From an uncultured Candidatus Actinomarinales bacterium (GTDB lineage: Bacteria; Actinomycetota; Acidimicrobiia; Actinomarinales; Actinomarinaceae), in the NCBI GenBank assembly GCA_943789065.1, contig CALSSQ010000001.1, positions 651,827 to 715,826 on the forward strand: a stretch of DNA of 64,000 nt, written 5' to 3'. The translations under genes and the position numbers were made by a program. Each line of letters opens with the position of its first letter. Within the stretch, counting starts at the first letter, position 1. Below the pieces are notes generated by a model that saw only the letters and a program-made list of their open reading frames with translations, was not told where the DNA came from and made no database searches. Positions 59,103-64,000 of this stretch are shown here, one piece after another.

Positions 59103-60074
59103 TCAGAGACCTAGAATATTATTTACTTCTTTTATCGTTACTTCTGCAGAAGTTTGGGCCTCTTGAAGATTGATTTCGACTATTTCCGAAATATTTTCTT
59201 TTTCAAGTTCTGTAAATTTAAGATTAATTGGGTTTAAGTATTCTGCGACACATTCACCAACTGCCATTTTAAATTCTCCATACCGGGAATCTGTAAATGT
59301 TTTTTCGACTTCCTTATGAGACAGCCCATTTATAGAAGCATATATGTCTATGAGATTGCTTATCCCTTTTTTTTCACTTAAATTATATTGAATAATATCG
59401 TCTGAATCTGTAACCGATGATTTAAATTTTTTCATTATTGTATCCTTATCATCATCAAAATAAATTGTGCCATTGATATCATCTGAACTTTTAGACATTT
59501 TACTATCAGGATGTTTCAATGACATTAACCTAGCCCCAGATTTTCCAGAAGATTTTTCAGGTAAAGGAAAAACTACTCCATATTTATTATTAAACCTTTC
59601 AGCGATATTTCTAGTTAACTCCAAGTGTTGCGTTTGATCATCTCCTACGGGTACTTCATTAGCTTTATGAATTAATATATCAGATGCCATAAGCACAGGA
59701 TATGTAAAAATCCCAGCATGACTCCCAAGACTGTCAGCTTTTTCTTTGTATTGTGTCATTCTTTGAAGTTCTCCAACTTGACAAAAACTTGAGAGTATCC
59801 ATGATAAATATGCATGTTGAGGGACACTACTTTGTGCATAAATAATTGAATTATCTAAATTTATACCGGCAGCAATTAGCAACTTAAGAGTCTGTTCAAT
59901 ATTGGATTTCAATTCCTTGGGATCTGGGTGTGTTGTAATGGAATGAAGATCTACAACACAAAAAAAGTTTTTATTTTCTTCATTTGATAGATGGACCCAA
60001 TTTTTTATTGCGCCCAAAAAGTTTCCTAAGTGAACTTTTCCTGTTGGCTGTATGCCAGAAAAAACAGTTTTCAT
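59103..60074 (-). CDS. trpS: tryptophan--tRNA ligase
   Basis: 323 aa. TGKVHLGN (HIGH). KMSKS (KMSKSS). Confidence 0.9.
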   Translation of the reverse strand: MKTVFSGIQPTGKVHLGNFLGAIKNWVHLSNEENKNFFCVVDLHSITTHPDPKELKSNIEQTLKLLIAAGINLDNSIIYAQSSVPQHAYLSWILSSFCQVGELQRMTQYKEKADSLGSHAGIFTYPVLMASDILIHKANEVPVGDDQTQHLELTRNIAERFNNKYGVVFPLPEKSSGKSGARLMSLKHPDSKMSKSSDDINGTIYFDDDKDTIMKKFKSSVTDSDDIIQYNLSEKKGISNLIDIYASINGLSHKEVEKTFTDSRYGEFKMAVGECVAEYLNPINLKFTELEKENISEIVEINLQEAQTSAEVTIKEVNNILGL

Positions 60075-60114
60075 ATGTGCTATTCTAATGTCTTAAATCA
60101 ATTTGGAGTAGCTT

Positions 60115-61029
60115 ATGAAACCTGAATATACAATGTCTCCATACTCAGGATTAAGGAATATTATATTAATTGGCTCACTATTTGGTTTTCACGGTTTACT
60201 TAATAGAAGTCTACTTATTGATGGTGTGGAAGAAATTTATATTGTCACATCTCGTATCACAATTGTTACACTGATTCTTTTTTTCTACTGCTTTAGGGAA
60301 TTTAAATCTGAAATAAATTTTAATTACCTATTAAGAGGTAGTTGGACCGGCTTTCTTGCGATTTTTATTCCAGGATGGACTTTTATATATGCTTTAAAAA
60401 ATATCTCGTCTGGATTACAAAGTATATTTATTTCAACAATTCCTATGTTTACAGTATTTTGGGTATATTTTTTTTACAAGGAAGAAAAAATTACTAAATT
60501 AAAAGTTTCATCTGTTGCAATAGGTTTACTAGGGTTAATTGCATTATTTTTATCTGGGGTAACAGGACTGTCGGAGGAAGGTAGTCTTTTAATTGGTGGA
60601 TTGTTGGCCTTACTTGGGGTTCAGGGTCTAGCAATAAGTAATATTACAAATAAAAAAGATTCACAAATTATTCCAGCGAAAACTTACCTCTTAACACAGT
60701 GGATTGCTGCAACCCTTATCTCAATAGTATTATTCAATTTCCTTGGTGGAAGAGTGGTACTTTTAACCCAGCTAGAGATTTTGAAGCTTCTTGGTTTAGT
60801 TTTTATAGATATTTTCAACTACTCGTTATTTTTTTACACCATCAAAAGACTTTCCGCTACGTTTACAACTCTTGTTGATTATGTTGTTCCAATTGTTGGA
60901 ATAATAGTTGGGTACATTTTTCTAGACGAAGTTATAAGTAATATATTTTTTGTCACTTTGACAATGATATTTATCTCTCTTTATCTAGCTGTAAAAGATG
61001 AACTCACCAATTCACGCCAAGCCAAGTAA
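60115..61029 (+). CDS. EamA/DMT-superfamily transporter
   Basis: 304 aa. About ten TM helices arranged as two EamA-like halves. Confidence 0.65.
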   Translation: MKPEYTMSPYSGLRNIILIGSLFGFHGLLNRSLLIDGVEEIYIVTSRITIVTLILFFYCFREFKSEINFNYLLRGSWTGFLAIFIPGWTFIYALKNISSGLQSIFISTIPMFTVFWVYFFYKEEKITKLKVSSVAIGLLGLIALFLSGVTGLSEEGSLLIGGLLALLGVQGLAISNITNKKDSQIIPAKTYLLTQWIAATLISIVLFNFLGGRVVLLTQLEILKLLGLVFIDIFNYSLFFYTIKRLSATFTTLVDYVVPIVGIIVGYIFLDEVISNIFFVTLTMIFISLYLAVKDELTNSRQAK

Positions 61030-61527
61030 CTCCCGTGTCATTTTTGCTGTTGCACCCCATAGAGTCTCATTATGGATTTTAAATATCCAATCATTTGGAT
61101 AAATTCCTCTAAACCTCCAGTTTTGTTGATTACTTAATTCATCAATAGAAACGAAAAAAATTTCCTGTACTTCTGACTTGTTGAAGGATTCTGGTTTTTT
61201 ATGCAACCTACATAAAATAGGAAAAACATTGTATTTAAATTCTATTGTGTCGACTGGTTCTAGGACACCAAAGGGTTCAACATCATTTTTTAAAATTAAT
61301 AGCTCTTCGGATGCTTCCCTCACAGCAGTTTCTACAATATTTAAATCTCTTTGTTCTTTTTTTCCTCCAGGAAAAGCAATATGGCCTTTATGGGTTGGCA
61401 TATCATTTGATCTTTTAATAAAAAGAACTTCTTTTTCTTTGTACACTAAAATCGAGACAGCTGCATAAGGCTCCTCGTGTATTTTGTAAGGAAGTTTTAA
61501 ATCTTCATATACGAGGTGTGATTTCAA
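61012..61527 (-). CDS. NUDIX hydrolase, CoA pyrophosphatase-like
   Basis: 171 aa. Nudix box GHIAFPGGKKEQRDLNIVETAVREASEELL. Confidence 0.75.
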   Translation of the reverse strand: MKSHLVYEDLKLPYKIHEEPYAAVSILVYKEKEVLFIKRSNDMPTHKGHIAFPGGKKEQRDLNIVETAVREASEELLILKNDVEPFGVLEPVDTIEFKYNVFPILCRLHKKPESFNKSEVQEIFFVSIDELSNQQNWRFRGIYPNDWIFKIHNETLWGATAKMTRELLGLA

Positions 61528-61530
61528 TTC

Positions 61531-62271
61531 TTATTTTTCAGCTACTATCGATATCTTTATACCTATAGGGTTTAAAACTTCCCATGCGTTAAATTTTGTA
61601 GGTGCATCAAAGCCAAACCAGGTTGTATCAATTTCAGTTACGCCTGAAACATAAACCTTATCATCCTCCATAAAAGCTGTTATTGAAAAAGGTACGTTTA
61701 TCTCAATATTTCTGATACTGAGAACGCCAACTATTGTCTCGTCTATTTTGGAGTCAAAATTATTATTTGGTAATACAATTTCATCAACACTGTAAACCGC
61801 ATTTGGGAATATCTTTGACTCTAGCCATTTAGTCTTGATGGCACTATCTCTTATACTGCTACTACTTTTTAATGTCGATAAATCGGCAGTTATGGATAAG
61901 TTTCTAACCTGTAAACAAGAATCAGCTAAATCACACTCTCCTAGGGTTAATTCGAAATCTCCAGAAACTTCATTAGTTATCCCCTCTACTATCTCTAAAT
62001 TTGCATTGAGAAATTGTTTAGGCGCAAGGTAGCTAACTGTACTTAATTCTTTATTCACTGTGTATATAGCTCCATCAAAAGATTCCAGTTGAGTAACCTC
62101 AATACTTGTTGTTGTGGATGTATCATCAGTTTCTTGAATCTCTAAAATTGTAGTTTCAACAGATGACTCCTCATCTGATACTGTATCTTGAGATGAACAG
62201 AATGAGAAGAATAGAATTAAGATTAATAATTTTTTCATATTTTTATTGTAGTACTGATTCTTTAAAGACAT
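61531..62271 (-). CDS. hypothetical lipoprotein
   Basis: 246 aa. Lipobox (FSFCSS) after an internal Met (MKKLLIL). Ser/Thr/acidic-rich linker. Confidence 0.4.
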   Translation of the reverse strand: MSLKNQYYNKNMKKLLILILFFSFCSSQDTVSDEESSVETTILEIQETDDTSTTTSIEVTQLESFDGAIYTVNKELSTVSYLAPKQFLNANLEIVEGITNEVSGDFELTLGECDLADSCLQVRNLSITADLSTLKSSSSIRDSAIKTKWLESKIFPNAVYSVDEIVLPNNNFDSKIDETIVGVLSIRNIEINVPFSITAFMEDDKVYVSGVTEIDTTWFGFDAPTKFNAWEVLNPIGIKISIVAEK

Positions 62272-62274
62272 AAA

Positions 62275-62868
62275 ATGCTAGATTTGAATATGGCCTTAAC
62301 CTCAAGAAAAGTAATACAAGTATTAGTAGGCACAACTTTAATCGGTACCGGCGTTGCATTAAATTTTTCATCAAAATTGGGGCTAGGGCCATGGGGAGTG
62401 TTTCACGAAGGTATCTCCCTCAATACAAACCTCACGTTTGGGAATGCAATCATAGCTACAGGCATTTTTGTAACACTTTTATGGATACCACTTAAACAAA
62501 AACCTGGAATTGCAACACTTGTTGATATTTTCTGGATAGGGACTGTTGCAGATTTAGTAATTAGTTTAGATCTTAATGCTGAAACTTTAGTCCTTAAGTG
62601 GATATTTGTCTTTATAGGAATACTATGTATAGGCTCTGGAACTGCAATATATGTTGGAGCAGACATGGGTTCTGGACCAAGAGACGGCGTAATGGTGGGT
62701 CTCGAAAGCAAGGGATTAAAAATTGGAATGGCTAGGAACGTAATAGAAGTCACTGCACTAACTCTGGGTTGGTTACTTGGTGGAACTGTTGGTTTATCTT
62801 CAGTTGTAATAGCCATATCAATTGGACCAGTTGTCCAATTAGTCATTCCTCATTTTGACCTTAGGTAA
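62275..62868 (+). CDS. hypothetical integral membrane protein (YczE/YitT-like)
   Basis: 197 aa. Five to six TM helices. Weak resemblance only. Confidence 0.35.
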   Translation: MLDLNMALTSRKVIQVLVGTTLIGTGVALNFSSKLGLGPWGVFHEGISLNTNLTFGNAIIATGIFVTLLWIPLKQKPGIATLVDIFWIGTVADLVISLDLNAETLVLKWIFVFIGILCIGSGTAIYVGADMGSGPRDGVMVGLESKGLKIGMARNVIEVTALTLGWLLGGTVGLSSVVIAISIGPVVQLVIPHFDLR

Positions 62869-62922
62869 ATTGTTATAATTACTTATTAATAGAAAATTAA
62901 AAAATATGTATAAGATAGCTTT

Positions 62923-63648
62923 ATGAGTCTTCAAATAACTCCTAAAGACATGCTCCGGACATTTATGTTATTTCCTTTATATATAACCTTTTTTGTAATA
63001 CTTTTATTAGTAATTATCTTCGCTTCCTTTTTACCTAACGGTAAAATACTGGGTACAAAACTATATAACATTTTTGGTTTATCGGGATTAATAGCTGCAG
63101 GGATTGATTTAAAAGTTACCGGTGCCGAAAAAATAGACGTATCTCAGAGCTATGTTGTTATATCTAATCATCCTTCTACTCTTGATATATTTACTCACAT
63201 CACCGCCTTACCTGTTTCAATTAGATTTCTTACTAAGACTGAGCTTTTTAGAATACCTATATTAAGTCGTGCTCTTAAAGTTCTTGGCCTACCTAGAATA
63301 GACAGAAAAAATGCTCAAATGAATCTTCCAAAAATTAATGAGTCAATTCAAAGGGTTATTGACAATAAAAACTCCATAATGATCTTTCCTGAAGGCACAA
63401 GAAGTAATCAAAAAGACTTGCTCCCTTTTAAAAAAGGGGCAGCACATGTCGCTAAACAGTTTGATTTACCAATTATTCCTGTTGTAACACACAATTCACA
63501 CAACTTAATGATCAAAGGATCAGTTTGGTTTAAATCTGGAAAAATTCATGTCCAAATATTAGATCCAATTACAAATATAGAAGATTATGATATTGACGAA
63601 CTTACTAATTTGATTTATTTAAAAGTAAGTGAGAACTTAACTTCCTAA
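62923..63648 (+). CDS. plsC: 1-acyl-sn-glycerol-3-phosphate acyltransferase
   Basis: 241 aa. HxxxxD (NHPSTLD) and FPEGTRS acyltransferase motifs. N-terminal TM. Confidence 0.8.
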   Translation: MSLQITPKDMLRTFMLFPLYITFFVILLLVIIFASFLPNGKILGTKLYNIFGLSGLIAAGIDLKVTGAEKIDVSQSYVVISNHPSTLDIFTHITALPVSIRFLTKTELFRIPILSRALKVLGLPRIDRKNAQMNLPKINESIQRVIDNKNSIMIFPEGTRSNQKDLLPFKKGAAHVAKQFDLPIIPVVTHNSHNLMIKGSVWFKSGKIHVQILDPITNIEDYDIDELTNLIYLKVSENLTS

Positions 63649-64000
63649 GTACTCATCTAAGAAAGTATTAAATTCTGGATGCTGAGTGCTTTCTTCAAGC
63701 TTTTTATCTAAGTTATTTTCTGAGGAAAATAAATAAAAGTCTTTAAAAACGTTTAAACCATAATTCTCAAGTTGGCTCGAAAGTGAACTATAAGCATCAT
63801 AAGAATTTCCGCCTTTGCCGAGTACCGCAGAAACAATTGCTGCTTTTTTATTTTGAAAAAGTTCATTGTACTTATAATCATTAAACGCAAGGGAGAGCCA
63901 ATCTAGTGTATTTTTAAGATGAGACGCATATCCACCATTAAAAACTGGACTAAAAATTATTATTTGATCACATTCAATTAGAGCATCTCTAATCTCAATA
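63645..64000 (-). CDS. NADPH-dependent FMN reductase family protein, N-terminal end beyond window edge
   Basis: Minus-strand translation gives ...IIFSPVFNGGYASHLKNTLDWLS...GKGGNSYDAYSSL...*. Flavodoxin-like FMN reductase signature. Overlaps the plsC stop by 4 nt. Confidence 0.6.

Noticed and set aside
1-64000. Search for CRISPR arrays, transposases, toxin-antitoxin pairs or phage genes
   Set aside because: No regularly spaced direct repeats, no transposase/integrase-like ORFs and no small paired ORFs with TA-like features were seen by eye. The window looks like core chromosome.

Overview
The window is a dense, low-GC (about 33-37% by eye) chromosomal segment. Its gene content and order are consistent with a genome-streamlined actinobacterium; this is an inference from synteny, not a database hit. 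Three lines of evidence support that. It carries a WhiB-family regulator. It carries the UPF0182 membrane protein paired with a PDZ/Lon-like protease. It reproduces in compact form the Streptomyces/Mycobacterium-type blocks proB-obg-rpmA-rplU-rne, rodA-pbp2-mreDCB-ndk-folC-valS and clpX-clpP-tig with a flanking tRNA cluster. The rest is core metabolism and maintenance. There is a TCA-cycle supercluster (sdhCDAB, mdh, icd, sucCD, plus acn, acs and a citramalate-synthase-like gene), lipid genes (plsY, plsC, uppP), uvrD/pcrA, trpS, 7 tRNAs and two clear intrinsic terminators. Many genes overlap by 1-14 nt. No CRISPR array, integrase or transposase was seen. The most interesting items are these. 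First, a candidate isoleucine-type leader-peptide attenuator sits immediately upstream of the citramalate-synthase-like gene: an 8-codon ORF, MMNIIIIN, then two hairpins, then a U9 run ending 4 nt before the start codon. Second, a Liv-type ABC importer operon has a long-chain acyl-CoA synthetase gene embedded between its ATPase and permease genes, with a perfect palindrome upstream. Third, an orphan protein contains two tandem Cas4/AddB-like Fe-S PD-(D/E)XK nuclease repeats, the first apparently inactivated. Fourth, mreD is split across two frames. Fifth, the aconitase is of the mitochondrial ACO2 type. All function calls come from motif recognition by eye; no searches were run.
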